Positions 26,352-40,110 of a DNA stretch of 64,000 nucleotides are shown piece by piece. Position 1 is the stretch's first letter, and every line of letters begins with the position of its first letter. The position numbers and the translations under genes were made by a program. The notes beneath the pieces were generated by a model. It saw only the letters and a program-made list of their open reading frames with translations. It was not told the DNA's origin and made no database searches. Source of the DNA: Octopus sinensis (taxonomy: Eukaryota); contig NC_043001.1 in the NCBI RefSeq assembly GCF_006345805.1, positions 63,426,001 through 63,490,000 on the forward strand, written 5' to 3'.

Positions 26352-27714
26352 CGAGGGGCGTTCAATAAGTAATGCCCCTGACCCACTTCCCATAGCAGTA
26401 GAGCAACGAAACTTGGCACAGTTATTAGTCTTTTTCTACATAGGAACCACCCAGAGTTACGCATTTCTCCTATCATTTGATGCAGCTCTGGAGACCGTTT
26501 TTGTAGAAGACCCCAGCTTGGTCCTCCAACCACGACGTGACTTCATAAATCAAGGTTGCATCATCTGGGAAACGCTTTCCTTTCAAAAACAACTTCATGG
26601 CTGGGAAGAGGTGAAAATCAGAGGTCAGGAGAGTAGGGTGATGGGGGAGGAGTTCATAGCCGCACGCCTGTGCTTCTGATCTGGCGACACGCGAGTTGTG
26701 GACCGGAGCGTTGTCCTGCAGGAGGAAGATGCCTTTGCTGATCTTGCCCCGCCTCTTGATTTTGATAGCTTCTCTTAATTTCTTTAAAAGTGAAGCATAA
26801 TAGGCTCCTGTAATTGTGGTACCCTTTGCCAGGAAATCTGTCATCACTACTCCGTCCTGGTCTCAGAAGATTGTGAGCATGACCTTGCCAGCGGAGGGCT
26901 GCACCCTTGCCTTCTTTGGAATGGTGAGTCACGGTGCTTCCACTGCATTGACTGAGCTTTGGTTTCTGGATCATAGTGATGGACCCAGGTTTAATTCTGT
27001 GAAAAATTTTGACTCAACTTCTTGACACATCTCCAAATTCATCCTCGAGCACTCGACGCGTTCTATCTTCTGGAAAGTTGTGAGCGACCTGGGAATCCAT
27101 CTGGCAGACACCTTTTGCATATGCAAATGGTCATGAATGATAGTTTCCACAGACCCGGTACTAATCCTGACCTCATGGGCTATTTGGCGAATAGTTATGC
27201 GTCGCTCTTCCAAAATGGCGGCCTCAACTTGACGGACAGATGCCTCATCAATGGCAGAAGGGGGGCGACCAGATCTGGGAGCTGTTTCCACAGAGTTCCG
27301 ACCATGTTTGAATTCACGATGCCAGCGTTTTACAAGGTCATATGATGGGGCATCATCACCATAAGTTACTTTCATTTCATCAAAAGTCTCCCGTGGTGTG
27401 CATCCTTTCAAATACAAAAACCGGATCACTGCTCGACACTCAACAGGCTCCATTTCACACTTGACTCAGTTCAAACACCTGTAAATCAGAAACCACAATT
27501 GGTTCAGAGCTGTAATTTGCCACTTAATCTATAGAGATATAAATAATTGCACATGCAATCAACCCCAGGACTTAATGTTTGCAAGCCTAGTGCTTCTATT
27601 GGTCTCATTTGCCGTAACGCTAAGTTACGGGGACATAAACATAGCAGCATCGGTTGTCAGCTAGATCAAACAACTACAAGTGGGTCAGGGGCATTGCTTA
27701 TTGAACGTCCCTCG
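26352..27714 (-). mobile_element. Full-length mariner DNA transposon with 37-bp TIRs, inserted in (TA)n
   Basis: TIR CGAGGGGCGTTCAATAAGTAATGCCCCTGACCCACTT at 26352-26388 matches 27678-27714 with 2 mismatches; TA flanks on both sides. Confidence 0.95.
26425..27453 (-). pseudogene. Mariner transposase, frameshifted with premature stops
   Basis: HTH region ETAPRSGRP, then HYDPETK, SAGKVMLTIF, LLQDNAPVH, a partly deleted YSPDL..SDFHLF, and the C-terminus EKCVTLGGSYVEKD. Confidence 0.92.
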
Positions 27715-27791
27715 TATATATATATATACTAGCATCGGTTGACAAACGATGGCTAGGAGACAAAAAGAGACACACACGAATATATACGTAC

Positions 27792-28282
<491 letters not shown>

Positions 28283-28483
28283 TATATATATATATATATA
28301 CAAAATTAGAAAATGGAGAAACATACTTAAATCAATCAAACATCAACCATCAGATGATACCCAATCAATACTTTATTACACCATTACATAACAGCAAAGG
28401 CATTATACAAAATATATTGTAAATATAATTAGACAAGGAAATAGAAATATAAAATATAAAATATAATATATAATTATATCATA

Positions 28484-28594
28484 TCTGACAGCTGTTTCGG
28501 CCGTAAGGACAAGTATGCCTCATTTAACCTATAAGCCATATAAGGCAGGTATAAATCAGACATTAACAAGGATGTCCCACGGCCTCTTCAGAGA
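28484..28594 (-). ncRNA. Canonical type I hammerhead motif, GUC triplet
   Basis: Minus strand reads TCT-CTGAAGA-GGCCGT...ACGGCC-GAA-ACAGCTGT-C|AGA. Confidence 0.8.
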
Positions 28595-31022
28595 ATTTAA
28601 TTTATTATAAGTGTGAAAAAATCCAATATAGACTCTCATTTATTTACTTATTTAAATGTAGATATATACATACATATCAATTATTTATTTTAATAATATA
28701 TGGATACATGTATACTAGTTTGTACTTATACTCTGATTGTAATTTTAATTAATTCTTCTTATTTATTTTATCACATTTTAATCTTAAGTAATTACAATTA
28801 TTAACTTAAAATTAATTTAATTTTTGTTATTTACTTATATACCATTGTATTGGTATGTCCTCCACTGATATTATTTAATGCCAAATCCTGTTAATTATTA
28901 CATTTGTAATGCTTAAAAGTATATTTATATATAAGTACTATGAATGTTTACTCGCAAGTCACATATGAAAATATACGGTGCGTATGTGTATGTCTGTTGT
29001 TATACATGAGTATTATTATGGGCATGTATATTTGAGTGTAATTCTATTAGTTCGTAGGTTAGGTTCTTTGATGGATTAATATTAATATTATAATGGCATT
29101 GGATTTATTACGTAGAAATGATATATATTTATGCTATAAAGAATTTTTGTCTTGTCTTGTTTGTTTACATATCCCAGAATATTTGCTATTTTGACTTCTT
29201 ACAATTAATCTCTTATAATTTAATTGCTATAAACCGATGTCAACTTAGTATATGTATGTTTCTATGTCTATTGATAGTCAGACAAAAATGTTTAATCTAT
29301 ACTTTATAACTTAGCGTACATTTGATTATAACAAATTACGGTGAAATCAGTAAACGTTATGTCATGTAATACCATGACTACAGAAAAAACGATGCCATAT
29401 GAATTGTGTACCTTATGAAAAATTACATTCTATGTCTTGATATAAATATATGTATCTTTATAACAAATATTTTATGGAAATATGTGAGTTGATCTTCTTA
29501 GTTAATATAGCGGCATTGTTGTCGTTTTGGAGAGGCTTGATGGCTGCATAGTTACGATTATACCTCTTTTATTATTTATTTATTTATGTGTTTGGCTATG
29601 TTTGTGGATATGTATGTGTATGAGTGTATGTGTGTGTGTATACATATAATTATGTATGTATGTGCGATGGATCTGTGGATGTGCGTGTGCGTATGTGCGT
29701 CTCTTGACTAACTAACCGTAAAATTTCTTTTGTGATTCAAATTTAAAACTATAAGCCAATCGAATCAATCTAGAATAATCAATATCAAGCGGACAGAAGA
29801 ATTAGACTTATAGATATGTAGATGTCCGATTGATAATAAAATCTTCTGTAAAATGTTCGCCGGAGTTGTTCAGTTATTTCTATACGCAGCCCAAGAAGCA
29901 TATTTTCATTCATCAACTCAACTAGTCATCACCACAGACGAGACCAATAGCCTGCAGACCGTGGCACATGTTTGCATTAATATGTATGCTTCATATTACA
30001 CAATACGATTATATTTTCATAAATCAATGGAAATACAGAACGCTAGCTCATGAGATCACCAGAATATCATGGTTACACCAACGATGGGCTCGATGTGTGT
30101 GTGTGTGTGTTTTACTATCTACTTGCCATGACGTCGGGTAGTAGTTTTAAGCGAGTGTCACTGTCATGCAAGAGATGCTCCTTATTTCCCGTCTTCCAAG
30201 TAATCATGTCTGGGCATGGATGCCATTCCTGTCTTCAATTTATGTTCCGTTTTGTGTAGTATATTATTCATTTCCTTATTCATTTTCTCCCTATTTACTT
30301 TATTATGTGAGTGTCAACAATTTCGCGCCGAAATTTGTCATATGGTGGCTTCGTCTCCTGAAAATTACATTTGCAAACAATTTATTTTCTTAAATTCCAA
30401 GTTGTTCTTTTTTTATTAACATTAAAACCTTTTTTCGGTGAGGTGAAAGACAACTCCATCTCAAGAGCGGAAATTATATTAAAACACTATTACAAGAACC
30501 CTCTCAATCTACAAATGTATCCGGAGAGACCAGTCGAATATGTCTTGTTTGGATCGTGTATGTGAGTAATAACGTATCTTAAATTTATTTGTTGATGGTC
30601 CAGTGTAGGATTTTGGCTGTTATCATTCATTCACTTTTTGGCCAAATATTTTATAGTACTAGCAAGATGGTTTCCATTAAGCGGACAATTACGAGAGTTT
30701 ATTCAATTATAAGTGCGTCTGGTGTGAATATTAAGATTATTTAATAGGCGTCACGTATTAATGGGGCTAAAGTTTTGTAACACAGGTACGCGACTTTAAT
30801 TAGAATTTTATAATATCTGTGTTTCTTTCTAAAACAAAGAGATTAAAAATCTCCTTGCCCATTTCTGTTAGAGGTAGCGAAAAGTAATATTATATTTCAA
30901 GCAAATAGTCTGACGTCATGCTATAAATAGTTTATGAGCAAATGAAAAATATCCTGGTAATCAACCAATCAGCTCAGATTTAATGATCAAACGTTAATGT
31001 GGACATGCGCCTGTGTATGTCA

Positions 31023-31600
31023 TGAAAGATAAGAATTTTAGAGCTGCATATTCGACATTGCATGCTTTACGAATTTCGTAAGGGCAACAATGCAACACGT
31101 ACAAGAGAAAACACACGTAATACATATCCTAATGGTTTGAATGTTCGGAAATACCAATGGCGGTTTAACAAATTCAAAAAACGGTGGTTTCGTTCTTTTG
31201 GGTGGATATCGATCAGGAAGACTAATGGTTCTCAATATTGATGCAGTGAAAACAGCAACTGAAGACGATCAACATAAATTTCATTCATATACTACACAAA
31301 ACGGAACATAAATTGAACATAAATCTTGATCACTGTGCAAAATGTAAAGAGAAGGCAAGTATATTCCTCATATGTTTTCTCCACCCAAGTGAGTGCAACA
31401 ACTTGCAATCCTTTACACTAGGAAGCTCTAGCTCACCCTTCCTGCTCAACAGATCTAGCAACAGAGATTTTCAGTTATTCATGTCACTTAAACACTTTAC
31501 CAGTGGAAAGACATTCAGAAGCAGGGACGATGTCGAAACGGCGCTCTAGGAATCAGAAAACTGGTTTCGAGGCAGGAAAATATTATTGCTTCCAGTAATT
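31023..31600 (+). mobile_element. Decayed, internally deleted mariner of a second family
   Basis: HIRHCMLYEFRKGNNAT...RSGR at the N-terminus and LAHPSCSTDLA...DFQLFMSLKHFTSGKTF at the C-terminus. Confidence 0.75.
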
Positions 31601-31628
31601 ATTATATTTTGAATGAATAAATATATTT

Positions 31629-31841
31629 GGTTTCAAATTTTGGCAAGGCCAACAATTTCGGGGGGCGGGTAAAGTCGATTACATCAACCCCAGTACTCAG
31701 CTGATACTTTTTTAATCGACTCCGAAAGGATGAAAGGCAAAGTCGATCTCGGCAGAATTTGAGCTCAGAGCATAAAAGACGGACGAAATTCCGCTAAGCG
31801 TTTTGCCTGGCATGCTAACGATTCTGCCAGTTCACCGCCTT
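31629..31841 (+). mobile_element. SINE-like repeat with a 17-bp TSD; related copies at ~33540-33645, 33735-33870, 37100-37255, 55497-55635 and 58321-58510
   Basis: TSD AATGAATAAATATATTT at 31612-31628 and 31842-31858; shared core GTCGATTACATC(A/G)ACCCCAG...GGCAAAGTCGA. Confidence 0.85.
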
Positions 31842-32329
31842 AATGAATAAATATATTTACGATATATTTTATGCTGATTTGAACTCATTACATAAATGTG
31901 GCATTACTTTTCAGTAAGTCTAATATTTCTACGTTGAGAGATTCAGGCTTGGATATATATTCTGTCTTATCTAAAGGTCCTCTACGTCTAAACGTAGTTT
32001 TGCAAGTCAGCGACAACTTTATATAAAGTCGGTTTATATCTATTAACATCGGAAGCTAAATTGTTGTGATTTTGCGAATGATTAGAACTCTTATTAATGT
32101 AAAAGAATCTTTCATTAGGTTTATGATAAGTGTTTTAGCCTCTAAATTTAATTCTATATCTTGAAAATTAACTTTTGCAATGCTACTCTGGACTGTATTT
32201 TTTAAATCTAATCCACAGAAGAATGAAATATCATTAATTTAATTATGGTCTGCCCAGGAATCAAAATATGCGTGAGGTACAATCTTCCATACATATGTAT
32301 TAGCCAATCAAAAACGTTACATAGATGAC

Positions 32330-32800
32330 CACCTTGTTTTGTGGATCCAAACAATGATTTCAATAAGTATAAAGTTGATGCAAGTTCCGCAGTCGGGGCG
32401 ACTACATTTCTTTCATATTTATTGATGAGGGATTTTATACATATTAATGAGAGATTTGATGCTGAAAAAAATTTTCTTTAGAGAGTTAATTGACGACATT
32501 TTATAAATTGAAATCAGGAACGTTTTCTTTGAAAAAAAATCACTTCACCTTAATTTATGCTATCAAATGTGATGGATGCAATAAAAAGTGCGTAGGACAA
32601 ACGAAACGTACTGTGATAAAGAGATTCAAATTTACTGGCAGCGAATACGAAATCAGATACCAGACAGATTCCACTAAGTGAGCATTTAGACTTATGTGCA
32701 GCAAACAAATCACTTAAATTACTGGTTCTCCTTATTATGACAAATTATAGGTCAAATACCGACGAATAAAAAAATTATGTTCATTAAAAATACAAACCAC
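32330..32800 (+). mobile_element. PLE GIY-YIG endonuclease fragment
   Basis: LIYAIKCDGCNKKCVGQTKR motif. Confidence 0.65.
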
Positions 32801-33329
32801 GAACGTATAAGTTATAACATCGTATTAGACGGGGACATTACATTATTGTACCTCATAACCTCACCCACAAACACATAGACAACAATATATATGAGCAATT
32901 AAGCTATCACTCTATTTTTAGTTATTCTGACAACTTGTTCGATGAATGTGTCATGTTCATACTGTAACATGTCGCATTCATTGGATTAACACCGATTTGA
33001 CATACTTATCTTCTATACTGTCACGACTTATTCTGCAAAGATAACATAATTGTTGTTTATACTGTCGCTTACACATTCACTGATCTAATACATCCAAAAT
33101 TTAGGTGCAATTATCGTTCATACAATCATATGACATTCTGACCTTGTGACCAGTTTCAACCAACCAAATTCTATTGCAGTTGATGGCAGTTTGAGCCATA
33201 ACTTCTCCATCACGAGCAGAAGTTGTGGGTGAGTATCATAGCCAGATGTTTAAAGGAATTCTTTGGGGTTTGGATAATTCACCTTTGGAAACATGGGTAT
33301 TTCGTTCAACATCCTTAAACAACCTTTAT

Positions 33330-33525
33330 TCAGGGACCTTGTGAGCGGGATGGGCTACTCGACCTGAAGAAAATTCTAACGGGGCCCCACCTGCAAGGTC
33401 ATCGTCGCACACGTGTGGTTGTAATGCATGTGCCTGGTGTACCCTAATCAGACGGGTATTCATGATGGCTTCGTATAGTTTACCCCAGTGTCACTTCGAT
33501 GGCATGCACTGCTCTCACTCAATAA
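33330..33525 (+). mobile_element. SINE-like repeat with an (AAT)n tail; second copy at ~40908-41110
   Basis: Shared GCGGGATGGGCTACTCGACC...GATGGCATGCACTGCTCTC..ACTC followed by AAT repeats. Confidence 0.7.
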
Positions 33526-33692
33526 TACTAATAATAATCATTTCAAATTTTTGCCACAAGAGCAGCTTGGGGAAGGGGATTAAGTTGATTACATCGACCC
33601 CAGTGCCTAACTGGTACTTATTTAATCAACCACGAAAGGGTGTAAAAAATAATAATAATAATAACAACAACAACAACAACAACAACAATAAC

Positions 33693-33729
<37 letters not shown>

Positions 33730-33906
33730 GTAAAGGTTTCGAATGTTGACACAAAGCCAACGATTTCGGGGAAGTGTGTAAAGTCGATTTCATCGAACCA
33801 GAGATCAACTGGTACTTATTTTATCGATCCCGAAAGGATGAAGGGTAAAGCCAACGTCTGTGGCATGATCAGGATCATGATAATAATAATAATAAGAATG
33901 ATGATG

Positions 33907-33951
<45 letters not shown>

Positions 33952-34649
33952 GTGATGATGATGATGATGATGATTTTGTTATATTTGGTGATGGTCGTCT
34001 CTTACCAATTAAAAACACGCGCACTATTTATTTGATCTTTACTTTAGCTTTCTTAATATTAATATTACTCTATTTGTCAGAGTCATTCCGTCGCACATTT
34101 TGTAACTGCTTCAGTAACCTTTTCTTCCAAGTATCTCCTCTTGTCCTGACTATTCCATTTAGATTAAGAATCTTGAAAAACAAATACATAAACGTAATAA
34201 TGATTTTATTAACCACAAAGGGTTTATATTAAGAAAACATTAAGGACAGCTCAGGACAAAACATTGAATGTATCTGTATGCATGTGCGTGTGTGTCGGTG
34301 TGTGGATTTTGCGTGTAAACGGTTTTAACAATAATAAAAAAGGGAGGTAACAAAAGAATATTAGCAACGAGAATTCTTCAATAGGGAAACGTTCGAAGGC
34401 TGCTCGTGAATAAAATCTCATAAAATCACGGCTGCCTTGACTTTTGAGGTAAGTGCCAGCTCTCATTTCTTAATATCCGATTTACAGGCGTATACTCAGG
34501 ACAGGCCTATTCACTCAGACCATGTCGCCACTTTCAACCAATTTTTAACAAAATGGCGGGAAAACAACTCTCCCCTCTCCATCTTTATTTTCCTCTTCAA
34601 GTGCAACTTAAAGAACCCGATGAGGGATTAGCCAAAGTGGTAAGTATTT

Positions 34650-35162
34650 GTTTTCAGCCTCTTCTGGAGTATGGGATTCAAGCCTCTTCTCCTTATCTCC
34701 TCAAAGACATACAGCATCTCGAAAGAGTCCAGAAGCTGGCTACCCGCATGGTTCATGGTCTCAAAAATTTGTCCTACGAAGAAAGGCTGAGGACGCTCGA
34801 CCTTTATTCTCTTGAAAAACGCCGCCGCCGTGGTGATCTCATTCTCGCCCACAACATCATAAGCGGAAAGTGTAACCTCTCGAAAGAGCTGTTCTTCACT
34901 CCTGCTCCAGAGCGTCGGCTGCGGGGTCATTCCGAAAAGCTCTACCTTCGACGATTTCATCTCAATCGAAGGAGAGGAGCTTTCTCCGTCCGGGTTGCGG
35001 ATCCGTGGAACAAGCTGCCAGACGAGATGGTGAAGATGCCGACGACCGCTTTGTTCAAAGCCTCCCTTGACCTCAAGTGGCCTGAACTCTTTACATGAAC
35101 ACCACCCTGTACTTAACTCCATGTCCCCCTACATGGCCTTGCTATTTGCTTTTGAGCCAAAT

Positions 35163-35194
<32 letters not shown>
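34650..35194 (+). mobile_element. 5'-truncated CR1-clade LINE 3' end with an (AACT)n tail
   Basis: PLLEYG...LERVQKLATRMV...YEERLRTLDLYSLEKRRRRGDLI...WNKLP is uninterrupted and followed by a short 3' UTR and a microsatellite tail. Confidence 0.9.
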
Positions 35195-35195
<1 letters not shown>

Positions 35196-37060
35196 TCTTT
35201 CGGTGTGGCCATCAGCCTTATAAAAATTGGCTGCCCTTCCCAGTAAAAAGCAGACGGCCAGGCGATCTTCATGATAAGCTCAGCTGATAGCCAGGTCCGT
35301 CTCACACATAACAGCAAGTATTCGACATAAACCCACAGGTCAGCAATACTCGGGTACTGAACGAATGTGTATAGGAAGGTTTCGTCTCCCTGCACGCATC
35401 TCGGATATGCTCAGCTGATGGCACAACCATGTCTGTAGAGTTATTTTGAACCAGCAATGCTCCCCGGTAGCATTGTCAGGCCAGGGATTTCTGGAAGTCA
35501 CCCATCGATTCAGGGCTGTAAGTTTTCTGGAAGAGAGTGGCTAGTTGATCAGCTTCGATGTCCAGGATCTCTCCAAGAACGTTGTCGATTTTACTCTTCT
35601 CTAATCCTCTATAGGTCGCTAAGGTGGATTTTTCACCTATCACAGTGCCTGTTTGGCTGGAGGCTGTGAGCGCTTGAAGATATTCCACTTTCCAAATATT
35701 CTCTCTAGTTTTTTGCTGAATCCAGGGTTGCAACTCCGTCAAGAAGACGAGTTGGGGAAACGCGTGTTCGACGAAAGGCGATCACACCTGTTCACAGTCA
35801 AGAAAGCGCTGGAGAGGTCTTAGCCTTAGCACATGTTTGCGTTTCATCATCATACCCAGTCCACTACGCAGTGGACCTTGACAGCAGATGGCTCACTTGA
35901 CTATCAGAATGCGTCCTTTCCACAACACAAAAGAGTAAACGCTCCAGTGCAGTCAGACGGAGACCGGGACAAAGCACGACGGTCAGGTGGCAGTAGAGGA
36001 CGTGTTGTACGCGTGTTCCACCACCTGACCCTTCAAAGATAACTTTCTCTCGTCCCAGTTTGAGTGAGCGTAGCAACGCTACTCGTTACTTCGTCGCAGT
36101 TTTTGTTCATGCGGAGGTCCGGACCGAACAAGAACTCGAACTATTTAATCGGTCCGACTGCCCATTGATACTGTTGGTCAGCGTGAACTTGCTTCTCCAG
36201 GTGCCGAACCGCAAACCCACTGACTTTTCCTGGTTAATTTTCGCTCCTGTTTCTGCTTCGTATTCTCTGAGAGCAGTACCGATTATCTTAATGTGTTCGA
36301 TATAACTACGGTGACGTCGTCGGCATATGCCGACATGCATCTTCCACGTTGCCCCTAAATGTCTCTGCTTTGTGTAGTAGTGGATCGCGGGTCAGTACGT
36401 ACAACAGGGATGAGAGGAGACAACCTTGACGGACGAGCGTATGATGTTAAACGGCTCCGAAAAGTGACCGTTCACTCTGACCACTGAACAGATGTCGTTG
36501 TGCATTGTAATGCTCCATCTCCTGAATACGAGCAGAAAACTGACTGCTAAGATAGATGATTGATTCTATCAAAAGCTTTCGAGTGATCTAAGTTGATCAG
36601 GGCCTCACCCACGCCAGGTTCTTTAGTCACCTTCTCTATGGTGCATTGCAGAAGGTCGTAGATGGATCTTTTTTTAGATGTCGCATGCTAGCGTTTCCCC
36701 TACCTGACTACTGATGACAAGCGCCAACTTCGTCGCTAACACCTTGGACAAAATTTTGAACTCTCCAGAGTTATGGACCTAAAATTATGAATATAGTCCC
36801 CTTTGTTCGGGTCCTTTCTCAGCAGCACCACCGTTCCTCGGCTCACAGAACTGGTAATTATCCCGTTCTGTTGCAACAAGTTCGACTTATGACTGTAAAG
36901 CACGCAGAGCAGACCATCTAAAGTAGGCGATTTATCCCCCCTACAGCTTTTCATTACACCCCTGATTTCAGCGGCTTTTCACAATACTCTGTCTGTTGAG
37001 GTAGGCACTGACGTCCACCACTGCTTCTGAACAGCTGAACGATATGTTGATGAAAAGCCG
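35196..37060 (-). mobile_element. Older, decayed Tx1-like LINE ORF2 fragment related to the 59-64 kb element
   Basis: Colinear similarity to ~59690-61360 (SAYADDVTV, KINQEKSVGLRFGTWR, SPTLDG...RKDPNKGD), with many indels. Confidence 0.85.
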
Positions 37061-37818
37061 AACACATCTGCTTGGGATCGAGTAGTCTACTAGAGGCACA
37101 AGACCTGAAATTTTGTGGGGAGAGGACAAATCGATTACATCCACCCAGAGCACAATTGGTATATATTTTATCAACCCCGAAAGTCCAAGTCGACCTCACC
37201 AGAATTTGAACTCAGAACATAGAGACGGACAAAATGCATGCCAGCTCGCAGTCTAATAATAATAAAAATAATAATCTAGACGATGTAATGTAACCAAACA
37301 CCTGACAGTGAGAAGAAGCACAGATTAGGTAATGACAGACTAGGAAGAAGTGGTGTATTTAACTTCCTCTTACAACTGATTAAGGCTGCGCTACTACTGC
37401 CACTGTTGCCTAACTCCTACTCATGACAACACTATCACTACAACCATCACCAGCACCATCACCAGCACCAGCACCTCCAGCACCAGCACCAGCACCAGCA
37501 TCAAGTTCCAGCACCACCAGCACCAGCACCAGAACTCCCATCCCACCACCACCACCACCACATACAACTATATCTTTACTAAATGCATTTACTATGTTGT
37601 GTATACCTTATTAATGTTACATAAGCGAGTTACAAAAGTCTCATCCATTATACGCACATGTGCACAGTAATACTCACACACACATTTATACACAGAGTAT
37701 TCCTAAATTATTTTTGCAATTTAATTCATCGTATTCTTTCATCTACATAGAAGTTTTGCGAATGTATGCATGTATATATACAAAACAATCAATCAATCCA
37801 AGCAATCTATCATGTATG

Positions 37819-37859
<41 letters not shown>

Positions 37860-37900
37860 TATATATGTATGTTGTATATATACACACACATCTATATATA

Positions 37901-38010
<110 letters not shown>

Positions 38011-38059
38011 ATGTATGTATGTATATATATATATATGTGTGTGTATGTATGTATGTATG

Positions 38060-38114
<55 letters not shown>

Positions 38115-38519
38115 CACACACAACCATCACCATTACCACGCTATGCGCGTTTCCACAAATCACGGGTCCCTTAAGATCATAGTCCGTATCCCTGGGATGA
38201 TTACAATACAGTCCGTAGTATCCATGGACATCAGGTAGATCATGTTCACGTATTCATTTCTTCCAGAGATATGACATTAAACGGATGTTTAACAGAGGGT
38301 TGTTTATCAATTTTGATCAATGAACAGGTTCCGTAGCCAAAATTGGTCAACCCGTTCACTGGTCAAAATTCCCGATATATTTCTGAATCTGAGTGTTGGG
38401 TGTGGTCACATCTCTGATGCAACTTTCGCTGCTCCGCTCCTATTGCTGTCATTGGCGCTGTTAACGGTGCTGTAATTACGGGTTTGGCAATATCGCTGTT
38501 TCTGTCGTTGTTGTAGTAG

Positions 38520-39180
38520 TCATCCCTGGCCGTAGTGGTCAGCCAGAACTGCCTTCAAGCGGCGCCTGTACAACCACAGATCCTTTTTCAGAATTCCGGA
38601 AATATGATTTGTCACGTCCCTGGCAAGCCACATGTGGCGCCTTAAAGATGAAGGGACCCCAAACTATATCAAGTGGAGTATCATAGATCTATATCAACGG
38701 GAGCGGACGCTGCTAGCTTTGCATAGCTGAGCGAGCAAGGATCTTCAGAGACTCCCTGGAACCAGAATTATCAAATTCCCGACAAGAGATTTATATCTCC
38801 TGCCTCCATTTCAAACGCTACCTGCTGCAAACACGGGATTCCCCATTCATCGATTAGATCTGAAAACGTCCTTACAGGCTAGACGCAATCCAAGGGTAGA
38901 ATTCTTTGTTTGCTATTTCAGCGTATATGGACAGCCAACTGAACTGGTCTAAGGGAAATAACTCGTCCTCGTCGACACAAATCGTTTAGTCTTTGTTTAC
39001 TGACCGTAAAGGAATTTTACTTCCACAGTTTGAAGAGGTATATGGCTTTCGCCATTGGAGTCTGACGAGTCGTCCATAAAGCTATGCGATTTATGGATGC
39101 GAAACCACTGGTCACTCTATGACCGGACATATATAGCTGCATATAACCTCATTACTGCTCTATGCCTTAGAGTGTGCTTC
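38520..39180 (+). mobile_element. PLE 3' end (GIY-YIG C-terminus plus pLTR)
   Basis: FKRRLYNHRS...SLASHMWRLKDEG...IKWSII...NSRQEIYISCLHFKR read across frameshifts, followed by a hammerhead. Confidence 0.7.
39056..39119 (+). ncRNA. Canonical type I hammerhead ribozyme, GUC triplet, cleavage predicted after 39113
   Basis: TGGAGT-CTGACGA-G(T)CGTCCATAAA...TTTATGGATGC-GAA-ACCACTGGT-C|ACTCTA. Confidence 0.85.
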
Positions 39181-39894
39181 TTTTATGTATATATGATGAT
39201 ATATATATTCACTCGCACGCACGTACACACACACGCACACACACACACATTTACATATATATATACTATACACTCACACACACATACACACGTACAAACA
39301 CACACAAACTCACATACACACCGACAGATATACATACACAATATACACCTATCCGCGCACGCACACATACACACAAATATATACAAACGCACACATACAC
39401 GCACACACATACACGTACATACATACACTCTCACACAAATGAACCCACACATACATCCCTACACACACACACGCACGTACAAGCACACACGCACTAGGTT
39501 AAACAGTTACTCGCCACACACCCACACTCTACGCATACACACACGAACACACACATGCACACACACACACATGATACATATAGCCCTTTGTTTTTTTTAC
39601 CCGGGTTTGACCTGGTTTGATACAAACAGCTAGTAGTCATTATGACAGCTGGCTTTGTCATTGCCTTTATTCACCAAAAATGCACACACACACACACGCA
39701 CGCACAAACACACTTGTCATCTTGCACACACACACACACACACACACACGCATTCCTTTTTTGGAACTCTCTTGCCTTATAACACCATGTTTCGACTACC
39801 TTCAACTTCTGTTCTTTCAACGTGATCTCTTGAGCACCACCAGCTCAAATATTTTCTCCTCTGTCTTCCCTCCTTGGGATCTTTCCTTTTCCTT

Positions 39895-39929
39895 GTTTCC
39901 GACGAAGAGCTCCGCTCGAAACGTTAAAC
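39895..39929 (+). ncRNA. Minimal hammerhead motif (C4 variant, GUU triplet) in a solo pLTR-like repeat (~39770-40000)
   Basis: GTTT-CCGACGA-A-GAGC TCC GCTC-GAA-ACGT-T|AAAC. Confidence 0.6.
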
Positions 39930-40038
39930 CCTCCTTCCCTTCTTTCCTGAGCGTCAATAATACTTTAATTGTTCCACGTCCTGCGTTGGTGTGTTTTTTT
40001 CTCTTTTTTTTCTGTGTTTTCTTGTTTGGATTAACTAT

Positions 40039-40101
<63 letters not shown>

Positions 40102-40110
40102 TATATATAT

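Noticed and set aside
37423-37614. Pro/Ala/Thr-rich ORF, and an (ACC/GCC)-rich tract at 55205-55330
   Set aside because: Trinucleotide low-complexity repeats with no splice or coding evidence.
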